From the NCBI GenBank assembly GCA_963663685.2, contig CAXXDT010000004.1, positions 442 to 64,441 on the forward strand: DNA of 64,000 bases, given 5' to 3'. Source of the stretch: an uncultured Syntrophobacter sp. (GTDB lineage Bacteria > Desulfobacterota > Syntrophobacteria > Syntrophobacterales > Syntrophobacteraceae). Below, piece by piece: positions 48,988 to 58,967 of this stretch (the first letter of the stretch is position 1; each line of letters opens with the position of its first letter). The notes beneath the pieces were generated by a model that was not told the origin of the DNA, made no database searches, and saw only the letters and a program-made list of their open reading frames with translations. The translations under genes and the position numbers were made by a program.

Positions 48988-50838
48988 GTGTTCGATAGAA
49001 TGTGCCTGGAGTTTCGGAACAGAAGTGAAAGCCTTGACCGGTGGGACGCGCGGCAGGGAGGAATTTCCGATCTGTTCGAACGCCTTTTGTGGCGGTTTTT
49101 TCACCTCGATCATGCAAGCGATCTCTATTCACAGCTTTTGAGAGACGACGGAGACGGGCACATCGTGTCCAGGGCCCTGCGCCGCATGAATATACGGTTC
49201 AATGTCTCCGGCCCGGACTCCGTAAGGATTCCCGGGACGGGCCCCCTGATCGTTACCGCCAATCACCCCTTCGGGGCCGTGGAAGGCCTCATCCTTGCTT
49301 CGATTCTGTTTTCCGTACGCCCCGATGTGAAGCTCATGGGCAATTCCGTGTTGAAGCACGTCAACCTGGCGGGGTTCCGGGATACCTTTATTTTTATCGA
49401 TCCCTTCGGGCGGAAGGATTCTCTCAGGGCCAATGTCCGGCCGCTCAGGGAAGCGGTGGAATGGGTGAAAAACGGCGGAGCGCTGGGGATTTTTCCCGCT
49501 GGAGAGGTCTCCCATTTTCAGGTTGGGAAACGGTGCATCACCGATCCTGAGTGGAACGATACGGTCGCACGAATGGTGCTCAAAACCGGCGCCTCCGTGG
49601 TCCCCGTCTTTTTTGAAGGCTCGAACAGCGCGTTGTTTCAGATGGCCGGGCTGCTGCATCGGCGAATAAGGACGCTGATGCTCATCCGGGAGTTGTTCAA
49701 CAAGTCGAACAGAACGATCCGCGTCCGGGTGGGGAGGCTCGTTCCCCATGAGAAGCTCACCGCGTTTACCGATTCCCGGGCCATGACCCGGTACCTGCGC
49801 CTGCGGACTTACATGCTTGAGAAATGCGAAGAGGGCAAGGCGGCACGGAAAGAGCCCTGCAGCGATGTGAGACCGGGAGGGGTGAGAGCCTGTATTCCCA
49901 TAGCTCAGCCCTACAAGACCGAACTGCTGCCCCGTGAGGTGGATGCTCTTCCGCCGGAGCAGAGGCTGGTGAGGACGAAGGAGTTCTCGGTCTTTTATGC
50001 CGAAAGCATTCAGATCCCTTTGCTCCTGCGGGAAATCGGCCGTCTGCGGGAGATCACTTTTCGTGAAAGTGGTGAAGGAACGGGCAGACCGATCGATCTG
50101 GACCTCTTCGACCGATATTATGTCCATTTGTTCCTCTGGCACCACGAGTCAAAACAGGTGGCGGGGGGCTACCGGATCGGTTTGACGGACAGGCAGGCAC
50201 TGGTCATGCGCCGGCAGGCCGGCCTGTACACGAGGACGTTGTTCCGTTACGGAGCCGGGTTTCTCGCGGGGATAAGCCCGGCGTTGGAACTGGGCCGGTC
50301 GTTCGTCCGTAAGGAATATCAGAAGACCTACCAGCCGCTCCTGCTTCTCTGGAAAGGGATAGGCCGCTACGTCGCGGCCAGGCCCCGGTACAAGATCCTC
50401 TTTGGGCCCGTAAGCATCAACAGCGACTACCGGGCCGTTTCCCGGGATCTTATCGTCGCCTTCTCCAAGGCCAACGAGCATCCGGAACTTGCCCGGCTCG
50501 TAAGAGGCGCCAACCCCGTCAGGCCCAACCCCATGAAGGGCCGTGGATTTGAAGCGGCCGGAAGCCTGATCCCGGACGTTCATGATCTGTCGGAACTGAT
50601 ATCCGACATGGAAGAAGACGGGAAAGGGGTTCCCGTACTCCTGAAACATTACCTGAAGCTCGGCGGAAAATTCCTGGCTTTCAGCACGGACCCGAATTTC
50701 AGCAATGTGGTCGACGCCCTGGTGATGGTGGACCTGACGCGGGTCGAACCGGCTATCCTGACACGGTATATGGGTGTGGATGCGGCTGAATTCTTCCTGC
50801 GGTTCCACAACCAGGGGGCCCTTGCCCGCTGCGCCTGA
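48988..50838 (+). CDS. olsF: Bifunctional ornithine-lipid synthase-like protein (PlsC-type O-acyltransferase + GNAT N-acyltransferase)
   Basis: ANHPFGAVEG, IFPAGEV; EIGRLREITFRESGEGTG, DLDLFD, GGYRIG, LELGRSFV, LFGPVSI, VPVLLKHY. Confidence 0.8.
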   Translation: MFDRMCLEFRNRSESLDRWDARQGGISDLFERLLWRFFHLDHASDLYSQLLRDDGDGHIVSRALRRMNIRFNVSGPDSVRIPGTGPLIVTANHPFGAVEGLILASILFSVRPDVKLMGNSVLKHVNLAGFRDTFIFIDPFGRKDSLRANVRPLREAVEWVKNGGALGIFPAGEVSHFQVGKRCITDPEWNDTVARMVLKTGASVVPVFFEGSNSALFQMAGLLHRRIRTLMLIRELFNKSNRTIRVRVGRLVPHEKLTAFTDSRAMTRYLRLRTYMLEKCEEGKAARKEPCSDVRPGGVRACIPIAQPYKTELLPREVDALPPEQRLVRTKEFSVFYAESIQIPLLLREIGRLREITFRESGEGTGRPIDLDLFDRYYVHLFLWHHESKQVAGGYRIGLTDRQALVMRRQAGLYTRTLFRYGAGFLAGISPALELGRSFVRKEYQKTYQPLLLLWKGIGRYVAARPRYKILFGPVSINSDYRAVSRDLIVAFSKANEHPELARLVRGANPVRPNPMKGRGFEAAGSLIPDVHDLSELISDMEEDGKGVPVLLKHYLKLGGKFLAFSTDPNFSNVVDALVMVDLTRVEPAILTRYMGVDAAEFFLRFHNQGALARCA

Positions 50839-51076
50839 ACGACGTTTCCGGCCCTTCCTTTGCTGCTTTCTGAACGCAGCTTATGATTCATCGACCGGCT
50901 GGTGGAAAAAGGCGCTGAAGGGCGTTATTCTGGTGTGCGCGGAGGTTCCGCTGCCGGTCGGCGAAAAGAACGCGGACCTGCCGGCATCACGAGGGCTGCA
51001 CGCTGAAGCAGCGGCGGATCCCGGGCCGGAGGCCGATGAAGCAGGGAAGCGACATGCCGGGAAGGAAGGGGACATC

Positions 51077-51652
51077 ATGGCTGAAGAACCGAAGAAAGAA
51101 GACCTCATTCCATTGGCGGAGGCGTCAAGTGCCCTGGCGAGCATGGGGCGCAGGCTGGCGCTGATCCATTTGTCCTATGCACGGGCGATCATGGACGAAC
51201 TGGGGGAGGAGCGGGGGACGAAGGTCATTGCGAGGGCCATCAAGGATTTCGGTGCTGCGATTGGGGCGGAAACGAGGGAAGAAGTGCTGGAGAAGGGGCT
51301 TGAGGCGACCCCGGAGAATTTTGGCAAAGGGGAGAAATACGCCCTTCCGTCCTACCCGGGTCTGCACGACCTGTATGAGAGCGGCACGAAGGACGGAACC
51401 GGCAGGGCGCGGGCCCACGGATGCGTCATTGCGAAAGTGTTCAAGGAATACGGAGAGGACAAACTGGGCCGGTTGTACTGCTACATGGACGCTGCAAAGT
51501 ACATGGGCTACAACCCGCGCTGGAAACTCGCCCACACAAAGACCGTTCCGGACGGAGACGAATGCTGTGAATTCGTGGTTAAAGAGACCACGGAGGAGGA
51601 ACGGGAGAGTTTCTCCTCGGAAGATAAAGAGTGGTTTTGGATCGACAAGTAA
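51077..51652 (+). CDS. L-2-amino-thiazoline-4-carboxylic acid hydrolase-like (V4R-like) protein
   Basis: GGAAGGGG SD; ELGEERG..I..AI..FG; CVIAKVF..YG..LGRLYCYMD; TVPDGDECCEF. Confidence 0.7.
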   Translation: MAEEPKKEDLIPLAEASSALASMGRRLALIHLSYARAIMDELGEERGTKVIARAIKDFGAAIGAETREEVLEKGLEATPENFGKGEKYALPSYPGLHDLYESGTKDGTGRARAHGCVIAKVFKEYGEDKLGRLYCYMDAAKYMGYNPRWKLAHTKTVPDGDECCEFVVKETTEEERESFSSEDKEWFWIDK

Positions 51653-51831
51653 AACGGCGGGCAGCGTGGGGAAAAGCGGCAGGCAGGTGTGGCGCCGTCT
51701 GGGGCGTATGATGGCGGATATGTCGTTTCTTTCCTGATATCGGGCCGCTGGGATCGGGCACATGGCCCGATCGCCGGCGGCATTCCGGAGGGGGCTGAGC
51801 GACCCCTCCGGCGAATTCGCTGCTGCGGGGA

Positions 51832-53445
51832 TCAACGATTGTAAAAGGCAATGGCGAAATCTCCGCCGTGATTGAGGACCGCCCATGCGGTCAGGGTGCT
51901 CGGGTCGAATCCGTAGGTTCCCACCTTGCTGTACTTGGGACGCCACGCACCGAGTACGAATTTTTTGACGCCGCCGAAATTGCCGTCCACCGCATTGATC
52001 CAGCGGCCGTTGGCGTTTTTCGTGGCCAGGCCGAATCCGCCGCTCGCGGCCTGGGCCATGGTCGCTTTGCTGGCGGTCAGTCCCGTTCCGATCGTCATCG
52101 AAAGCGCATAGGCGTCGGTCTGGTTGTTCCGCAGCCTGGTGGGCATGCCCCACAGGGTGAAAACCTGGCTGGCGGCGGTTCCGGTCTTGGCGGACCACCC
52201 GGTGTTGACGGACATGGTCAGCGGGCGGCCGCTGCCGTCGTTGAGCGTGTTGTTGTTCTTCCCGCTGAGAATCCGGGCGGATGTGTTTTCATAACTATCC
52301 GCTATACCGGTAAAAGTCCCGCCTTCAGGCACCAGGAATTCGGTCCCGTTCAGCGCGTATCCGAAGGTTTCCTTCTTCACGAAATTGAGGGTCGGTGTTG
52401 TGTAAATGAGGTATTCCCCGTCGACGAGAGTGGCCTTGACCTTGGCGGAATAGTAATCGACCGTGACGCGCGGGCCGTCCACCGTGTAGATATAGTACCC
52501 GATGGCATTGCGTTCCTGCTGGATGGGTGTTTCCCTCGTGGGGTGGTCGTACGTTTCGTCGTTGGAAGGCTTGGCCGGGATGTAAAACTTCGTGCTGTCG
52601 GAAGCCCCGATGATTTCCTGGACCGAGGATGCACCGTCGGGGCTTTCGATCACCGAGCGGTGATGGATGTGGTCGTGCCCGCTGATGTAGTAGCGAACGC
52701 CGTTGGAAGCAAGGCTTTCGATGAATGCATTCTGAGCGTCGGGGTTCTGGCTCGGGTTCGAACCCAGGAGCATGTCGACGTGGTTCTGGCCGATCAGGTT
52801 CTTGTGGCCGAAGACGAATGCGTGATCGTCGGTGGGCTTTCCTGCCAGGGTGCTGCTGATCCATCTCTGCTGGTCGGCGATGTTATGGTTGTTGGTTGCA
52901 TCCGAGGTGCTGCCGGTGCCGTCGAGCCGGGTAAACTGGTCAAGCAGCACGAACCGCGCGTTGTTGTAGTCGAAAGAGTAGCTCAAACCGGTCAGACCTG
53001 TGCCCGGGCTGCCGAAGGCCGTGGCTCCGACCACATTCGGCCCCGAGCCCTGGGTCTGAGGGAAATCCGCCAGAAACTGCGTCGCGGCGGTCTGAGAACT
53101 CTCGTGGTTGCCGCGCAGCGGGTAAAAGCCGATCCCCGCGTCATAGAGGGCCTGGGCTGCCGCGGCGCGGGTATCCAGAGCGACGTTGCTTCCATTGTCC
53201 GTCAAATCTCCCACCTGTATGACGAACTTCACTCCGGCCTTGATGAACTGTGCGTTGATCTGCTTGATGATCCCCACGGTCACCGAATTGGGATTTTGCC
53301 CGTCATCCGGTACGGTCCACTGCGTGTCGGACATAACGCCGAAGCGCCAGGGGGCGGCGGAGGCAGAACCGACCGCCATAAGCCCCATGAACGCCAAAAC
53401 GAGGGCCAAAGCCTGCAAGGTCTTAAAAATCGATGATTGCTTCAT
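51832..53445 (-). CDS. Secreted calcineurin-like metallophosphoesterase
   Basis: Signal peptide ending ASA; SDTQW, QVGDL, RGNHE, FGHK, SGHDH. Confidence 0.9.
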   Translation of the reverse strand: MKQSSIFKTLQALALVLAFMGLMAVGSASAAPWRFGVMSDTQWTVPDDGQNPNSVTVGIIKQINAQFIKAGVKFVIQVGDLTDNGSNVALDTRAAAAQALYDAGIGFYPLRGNHESSQTAATQFLADFPQTQGSGPNVVGATAFGSPGTGLTGLSYSFDYNNARFVLLDQFTRLDGTGSTSDATNNHNIADQQRWISSTLAGKPTDDHAFVFGHKNLIGQNHVDMLLGSNPSQNPDAQNAFIESLASNGVRYYISGHDHIHHRSVIESPDGASSVQEIIGASDSTKFYIPAKPSNDETYDHPTRETPIQQERNAIGYYIYTVDGPRVTVDYYSAKVKATLVDGEYLIYTTPTLNFVKKETFGYALNGTEFLVPEGGTFTGIADSYENTSARILSGKNNNTLNDGSGRPLTMSVNTGWSAKTGTAASQVFTLWGMPTRLRNNQTDAYALSMTIGTGLTASKATMAQAASGGFGLATKNANGRWINAVDGNFGGVKKFVLGAWRPKYSKVGTYGFDPSTLTAWAVLNHGGDFAIAFYNR

Positions 53446-54145
53446 TTGATGTACCCCTTTTTCTTTTTTTTTGGAATTTTCCGAAGTGGCTGCCTCTCAA
53501 AACTGGGGTGATGATGAACCAACGCTTCCCGAACGTACCCTTGTGCTGTTGCCGGTCAGGCTTGCCCTGCCGTTTTTCGGAACCGATGGCGGTGTACGCC
53601 GCACCGGAATGCCCCACTCCGGAAACCGCGTGAGACGCTTGTTCCCGGAGGGAGAGGAAGGACGGGAGTCGTTCCGCCCGCGGTGAGTCCGATTTTACCG
53701 CCGGGCCGAATCTTCCTACTCCCGCCCTCCTCTCCCTGCCCGCAGGAACGGGCCGGGGAAAAGAGCGTCGGAAGTTCCCGGGTGGGTTTAAGGTGGAAAG
53801 AAATGATGAAATCTGAAAAAGAGATTACCGGGTGTGTGTTACACGATGATGATGGGGATATTTCATTTGTATGAAATCCGAGTGAGGCGATTCATGCGGT
53901 GGGATATCACGGCCCTCGGTGCTTCTTATGGGAAAGATTATTCCAATAAAAACGGGTTGCGTCAGTTTATGGAAAGCCGGGGCGGGTTTCCTGCGGGCTT
54001 CCGTTTTTCCGGGGACTCCGGTGGGGTTTGACATTGGCCGGTTTCCCCGTGTTCGGGATCATGCTATCGTAGTGGCGGTGTTGAAACCGAGGCATGAACT
54101 GTGGCTCGTCATCCCGCGTGACTGATTTTACCGGAGGAGGCTGGA

Positions 54146-54619
54146 GTGAGAAGGACGGACAAGGAAATCAAGGACGATCTTTTGATCGAGCGAATCATGT
54201 CCGAGGCCCAGGTCTTGAGACTGGGGCTGTGCAGGGACAACCGGCCTTATGTTGTGCCGCTGTCTTTTGGATATGATGGCGGATTCATTTACTTTCACAC
54301 CGCCGTTGAAGGCAGGAAACTGGATTATATCGCCGCCAACAACCGGGTCTGTTTTGAATTGGAGCACGAGGTAAAGGTCAGCCCTAAGGATGATGCCGCC
54401 TGTGGCTGGTCGTTTTCTTTCTATAGCGTGGTCGGGTTCGGCACCGTGGAGGAAATAACCGATCCTCCCGGCAAAACCCGCGCGCTGAATCATGTCATGA
54501 AGCATTACTCGGGCCGGGAATGGGATTTCAATGAAGAATCGCTCGAGAAGACGCGACTGTGGAAAATCTCGGTAGAGCAGATGACGGGTAAGCGATCCAA
54601 GGACAAAATCACGGACTGA
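54146..54619 (+). CDS. Pyridoxamine 5'-phosphate oxidase-family flavin-binding protein (NimA-like)
   Basis: MRRTDKEI, PYVVPLSFGY, IYFHTA..GRKL, VCFE, YSVVGFG, MTGK. Confidence 0.9.
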   Translation: MRRTDKEIKDDLLIERIMSEAQVLRLGLCRDNRPYVVPLSFGYDGGFIYFHTAVEGRKLDYIAANNRVCFELEHEVKVSPKDDAACGWSFSFYSVVGFGTVEEITDPPGKTRALNHVMKHYSGREWDFNEESLEKTRLWKISVEQMTGKRSKDKITD

Positions 54620-54646
54620 AGCTTTCCGGCCGCTCAAAATGACCGG

Positions 54647-54673
54647 AACGCCCCCGCCGAGTGGCGGGGCGTT
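54647..54673. terminator. Stem-loop / probable terminator
   Basis: AACGCCCCCGCC-GAGT-GGCGGGGCGTT after the stop at 54619. Confidence 0.5.
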
Positions 54674-54888
54674 ATGCTAAGTTGCGTTCAAAGTGATTCT
54701 AGTAATCCACGGGAGACCGGTCATGCTTGCCACGGCCGGCGAATTTCTCTCCAAGTCCGCATGGCACATCATCAATTGGTCCTCTACGGCCTCATACGAA
54801 ATTGCGTTCAAGATTATACTGGTCAGCGAACGGAACGATGAGAAGAATGTAGGGGGGAAGAAGCGTAGCGCTGCCCACCGAAAGCGAT

Positions 54889-54947
54889 GTGCACTGAGCT
54901 TCCCCCTTTCTATGTACCACGGGTAAATGGAGCCCTGTCCATCGGCC
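54889..54947 (+). repeat. ~59-bp REP/MITE-like element, copy 1
   Basis: About 50/59 identical to 59832-59890, with 19-bp identical core CTTTCTATGTACCACGGGT. Confidence 0.7.
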
Positions 54948-55000
54948 AAGCCTCGGAGGACTTCAGTTTGCACTGGTACAGTTTTCGGGGGAAAGGTCAA

Positions 55001-55876
55001 TCAGAAGTCGAAGCCGAGGGTGTTGCGAATCTGATCCAGGTGCTTTTCTTTCGCCGCCGCGTTCCACTTCTTGGCAGCATTCGCGGAACCATAAATGTTC
55101 CCAAAATAGAACGGAAGTCCTACCCCGGCTACTATGCCCGAGACTGCCAGGTTTTCCTGGTGAACGCCGGTGGCCACCCCGGCGGCGGCCAGCCCGTTGA
55201 TAATAAAGGCAGTGATGCCATCCTTGAAGCTCCCGGCATAGACGTAGCCGCTTCCCGGCAGGATCGCGGACATAACGGAAGCCAGCACTTTGGATTTCCT
55301 GGGAAGGCTCTCGTGCTCCCAGAGCATCGAGCGCGCTTCGCGAATGCGGCTCCAGCCCGGGTGCAGGGGATAGCGTTCGATAAAGAGCGTCATATCGGCC
55401 CTGCTGCCGGCGATGTCCTCCCTTTCCAGGGCCACGAGCGAGCTTGCCGCCAAGGCATTCGGGGCAAGTTCCGACTCTGGATGCGTGGCTGCAAGTTCCC
55501 GAAACGTCAGCGTCGCTTCATTGAGTTTCTTGAGCTTCCAGTAGCTGAGAGCCTCGAAGTAAGCGGATTTGACGCCGTATTCTTCGGGGCCGCTTTGCCT
55601 GAGCAGTGCGAATGCTTTTGCGGCGGATTCATACTCTTCGCCGCTGTAGTAGGCCTTACCGATCCGGAAGCGGGCGTAAGCGCACTTATCCGATGAGGGG
55701 AACAGGATCAGGTACTTTTTGTACTCCGTAACGGCCCGGTAGTATTCCTTCTCTTCCATGAATGAGTCGGCAATCTTGAGCTGGACCGCATCGGTGAGAA
55801 GGATGGTTTGAGCTTCGGCAAGGCAGACACCACGCAGAAAAATGGAGAGGAGGAGAAAAAGCGGGAAAAACGTCAA
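55001..55876 (-). CDS. TPR-repeat (BamD/YfiO-like) protein with C-terminal hydrophobic segments
   Basis: YYRAVTEYKKYLILFP, ARFRIGKAYY TPRs; SAILPGSGYVYAG. Probable TTG start overlapping the upstream stop. Confidence 0.75.
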   Translation of the reverse strand: MTFFPLFLLLSIFLRGVCLAEAQTILLTDAVQLKIADSFMEEKEYYRAVTEYKKYLILFPSSDKCAYARFRIGKAYYSGEEYESAAKAFALLRQSGPEEYGVKSAYFEALSYWKLKKLNEATLTFRELAATHPESELAPNALAASSLVALEREDIAGSRADMTLFIERYPLHPGWSRIREARSMLWEHESLPRKSKVLASVMSAILPGSGYVYAGSFKDGITAFIINGLAAAGVATGVHQENLAVSGIVAGVGLPFYFGNIYGSANAAKKWNAAAKEKHLDQIRNTLGFDF

Positions 55877-56304
55877 TCCTCGAGCAGGTTCCCGGATGGC
55901 GGATCGTACAAGCGGCCATTCGGCAGCAGAGTGTAACCCGACTCCGGTCCTTTCCAGATATTGCAGCGTGTCAGCCGATCGGCCGTCATCAGTATGCCGA
56001 CCGCGGGGCCATACTCCTGGATTGCCTGGTAGCCAAAAGCCGAGCACGAAGGGCTGAAACCGCATCGGTCACTGCCTCCTATGGGGGATATCCATTTCTG
56101 ATAGAACCTGATGGAGCCAACGCAGGCAAGGTGCACGCATGATGTTTCGAATCGCTCGCCGGAAACCGGTTGTGAGCTCCTCTTCGATGCCGGAGCTTTC
56201 ATCATCCAGTCGGATGCAAACACGGGGGAAGCGGCCTCCATTACAAGAAGGCAGCATGATAGCAGGGCAGGCCAAAGAAATCGCATTCCCGGAACCGTTG
56301 CCAC
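55873..56304 (-). CDS. yidD: Membrane protein insertion efficiency factor YidD-family protein
   Basis: IRFYQKWISP...CGFSPSCSAFGYQAIQEYG...DRLTRC. Confidence 0.8.
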   Translation of the reverse strand: MATVPGMRFLWPALLSCCLLVMEAASPVFASDWMMKAPASKRSSQPVSGERFETSCVHLACVGSIRFYQKWISPIGGSDRCGFSPSCSAFGYQAIQEYGPAVGILMTADRLTRCNIWKGPESGYTLLPNGRLYDPPSGNLLED

Positions 56305-56543
56305 TACTGGGCCTTCGCTCTTTCTTTCAGCAGCTTCTCCTTGGCTTCGCGGTACTGTTTCTCGGTGATGACCCCCTGCTCGTAGGCTTTCTGCAGGTCA
56401 CTCAGCTCCTGCCCTAATGTGGTGCTGAAGTTTGTGGTCTCCGATTTGACGTTGCTGCCTCCTCCACAACAACCCGCAACCATAAAGGAAAAGAAGGCCA
56501 GAATAGCTGCTGCGCAAATTTTCGCTGGTATGGACCCGTTCAT
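56304..56543 (-). CDS. Small lipoprotein with SHOCT domain
   Basis: Lipobox VAGC; TLGQELSDLQKAYEQGVITEKQYREAKEKLL. Confidence 0.82.
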   Translation of the reverse strand: MNGSIPAKICAAAILAFFSFMVAGCCGGGSNVKSETTNFSTTLGQELSDLQKAYEQGVITEKQYREAKEKLLKERAKAQ

Positions 56544-56790
56544 GTCGACTTCTCCATGTGGTGAGATTCGATGGCGAATATACAACTAAAAGCACCCTGG
56601 TTCAACAGGTATAAGGCCCGCTGGTGTTAATCGGCAACTTTGACCGCTGCCCCGTGTATGGTGCTCCAGGAGGCTGACCGAGAACTACGACGTTGAGAAA
56701 ACCGCCAGCCCAAAGTGGGAACCAACGTCGCAGCCAACGCTATTTTTCACTATATGGTGACTAATTTGCTTCAGTTTTGCTGGTAAAAGT

Positions 56791-58103
56791 GGGTCATCCG
56801 GGAAATGAGTACCTGAGTATTTGCAAAAAAGAAATGGACATGGCAGAACCACGTGTTTGTTTGACGGCAATCGAACAACACGGGAGGGTTCCGGACCATG
56901 TCCACATCGATACTTTACCACGCTTTTGGGCTCAAAGGTATCCAGTATGAATCGGCGCGTTTCTTTGGAGACTGTGTCCTGATCAGCGCCCGGACAACTG
57001 ATCAGAGCGTAAGATGCCCTCAATGTGGCGGAAAGAGGGTTACCTTTAAAGGGCAGAAAAGGCGGCTGTTCAGGATGAGCCCGATTGGACGGAAACGGTG
57101 TTTCCTCGATCTCTTGCTCCACCGGCTCAAATGCATGGAATGTGGAGGGCTGTGGTGGCACCATCTTCCATTTCTGGATGGTAAACACCGCTATGTTCGT
57201 TTCTTTGCGCTCACCGTCCTGGATCTTTTGAAATACTGTACCATCCAGGCGACCTCCGAGTACCTCGGGGTAGGCTGGGACCTGGTTAAAGCGATTCATA
57301 AGGAACGGCTTTCCCTTCTTTACCGAACCATCCCGCTTGGAGAGGTGAGGCATGTCGGAATCGATGAGTTCAGCTTGAGAAAAGGCCAGGAGTACATGAC
57401 CATCATTACGGACCTGGAGAGTGGAAGAATCCTGCATGCCGTTGAGGGTAGGAGCAAGGAAAATATCCGCCCGTTTCTGGAAAGACTTTCCCACAAAGCA
57501 AGAAACCTTGAGGCCATAGCCATGGACATGAGCAGCAGTTACTTCTCCGCTGTCCGGGAGTCTCTGCCCAATGTGGACATTGTCTTTGACCGCTACCATA
57601 TCATGGCCCTCATGAACCATGCCCTGGATGAAATCAGAAGGAGTCAGCAGAGAGAACTCGACGACCTGGGGCAAAAGACGCTCAAAGGCAACCGGTTCCT
57701 GCTGCTCAAAAACTATGATTCCCTTGAACCTGGCAGGAAAGCCAGGCTGGACGCCCTCCTTGAGGCCAATCGGCCCCTCTTCATCGCTCATTCCATGAAA
57801 GAACAACTGCGGCTCTTCTGGGAGGAAGACGTTCACACCGCCCAGGGATTTCTCGATGTCTGGCTGAAAGATGCCATGAACTCCGGAATCAGACAGCTTG
57901 CCAAAGTGGCCAAAACCCTGGCCGGATACAGGACCGGGCTTCTCAATTATTTCAAACACTTCATCACCAACGGGATCGTAGAGGGGATCAACAACAAAAT
58001 CAAAACCCTGAAAAGGCAGGCGTACGGTTTTCGAGACATGACGTATTTCAAACTGCGCCTCTACCACCTGCATGCTCAGGGGTACTCATTATCCGGATGA
58101 ACC
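56791..58103 (+). mobile_element. ISL3-family insertion sequence (1313 bp)
   Basis: Imperfect 23-bp terminal IRs: GGGTCATCCGGGAAATGAGTACC (56791) and GGTACTCATTATCCGGATGAACC (58081-58103). No target duplication seen. Confidence 0.9.
56898..58100 (+). CDS. ISL3-family transposase
   Basis: CPQCG zinc finger, GIDEF, AMDM, VFDRYH, TNGIVEGINNKIKTLKRQAYGFR. Confidence 0.95.
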   Translation: MSTSILYHAFGLKGIQYESARFFGDCVLISARTTDQSVRCPQCGGKRVTFKGQKRRLFRMSPIGRKRCFLDLLLHRLKCMECGGLWWHHLPFLDGKHRYVRFFALTVLDLLKYCTIQATSEYLGVGWDLVKAIHKERLSLLYRTIPLGEVRHVGIDEFSLRKGQEYMTIITDLESGRILHAVEGRSKENIRPFLERLSHKARNLEAIAMDMSSSYFSAVRESLPNVDIVFDRYHIMALMNHALDEIRRSQQRELDDLGQKTLKGNRFLLLKNYDSLEPGRKARLDALLEANRPLFIAHSMKEQLRLFWEEDVHTAQGFLDVWLKDAMNSGIRQLAKVAKTLAGYRTGLLNYFKHFITNGIVEGINNKIKTLKRQAYGFRDMTYFKLRLYHLHAQGYSLSG

Positions 58104-58104
58104 A

Positions 58105-58803
58105 CTATTCCTTGCCTCTTAGCAACACTTGCTTTATTTTATCAATCCATGCCTTACTTCTGAGTAGGCCGGTATTAACCAGTAATAAGTATTGCCGTTT
58201 TCTGCCGACAATGTCGGCATAAGCTTCTCTTGCAAATTCTAGAAGAATGCAGTTTTGACTTTGAATATTCCGGCGGATGTCCTCGGCATCTATCGACACT
58301 ATTTTATTCATGGTTTCTTGAACCAATTGATTCTGCCAATTAAGGTGAGAGCTACCGAGCAACATTGCACATGCTTCAAGTTGTCCATACGACCACGAGA
58401 GCATGGTGCATGCGTTAAAACATTGTGTATAATTGCCAAATCCAAACATTTGCCCTTTGGCTGCCAATGCATCTAACCGACTCTTGATAGGGCGTACTTT
58501 ATCTATATATAGATTTAACTGTCTCTGATCCTCTTTCCCGTTCTTATTAATATAGTCTATCATCCCATCTAAGGTAAATTGACGTTCATGCTTTTTCTGT
58601 ATCTCGGAATGAGTATTTATTCCTAGCTTTGAGAATTCCCAAATCTGTATAGGTATTACCATTGCTTGAATATATTCGTGTATAGTCTCGATGAGTCTAT
58701 CTAGAAATTCTATTTGTTTTTGAGCATTCGTTGTCCTTGCCCATGTGCGCAAGGCAAGAGTAGCTATAAAGGCAGTCCAAATACTAGCAATAGCGGATAA
58801 CAT
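58105..58803 (-). CDS. AT-rich hypothetical protein with N-terminal TM helix
   Basis: GGAGGAG SD before ATG 58803; visibly lower GC than its neighbours; lies between two IS elements. Confidence 0.65.
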   Translation of the reverse strand: MLSAIASIWTAFIATLALRTWARTTNAQKQIEFLDRLIETIHEYIQAMVIPIQIWEFSKLGINTHSEIQKKHERQFTLDGMIDYINKNGKEDQRQLNLYIDKVRPIKSRLDALAAKGQMFGFGNYTQCFNACTMLSWSYGQLEACAMLLGSSHLNWQNQLVQETMNKIVSIDAEDIRRNIQSQNCILLEFAREAYADIVGRKRQYLLLVNTGLLRSKAWIDKIKQVLLRGKE

Positions 58804-58967
58804 TCGATTTAAACTCCTCCGATAGATTGGCAAGCCGTTCCATAACGTGTTAATTTACAACAAACTGTCCAGTTTCACACGTTGTTTTTACTACCTTCAT
58901 CGCTCCTTGGCAATTTGGTAATTCTATATCGTATCAAGGTCCTAACCTTCAAAGGTTTTTCCGAGTC

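Noticed and set aside
53837-53886. Pho boxes upstream of the metallophosphoesterase
   Set aside because: Degenerate half-sites fall on an 11-bp register but with a gap and ~400 bp from the start codon; suggestive only.
54677-55000. Short ORFs between the flavin-binding and TPR genes
   Set aside because: They overlap REP-like elements and show no recognisable homology or start signals.
58803-58860. Integron cassette boundary (minus-strand GTTATGG with a short leader)
   Set aside because: Does not fit GTTRRRY well; no attC partner or integrase found.
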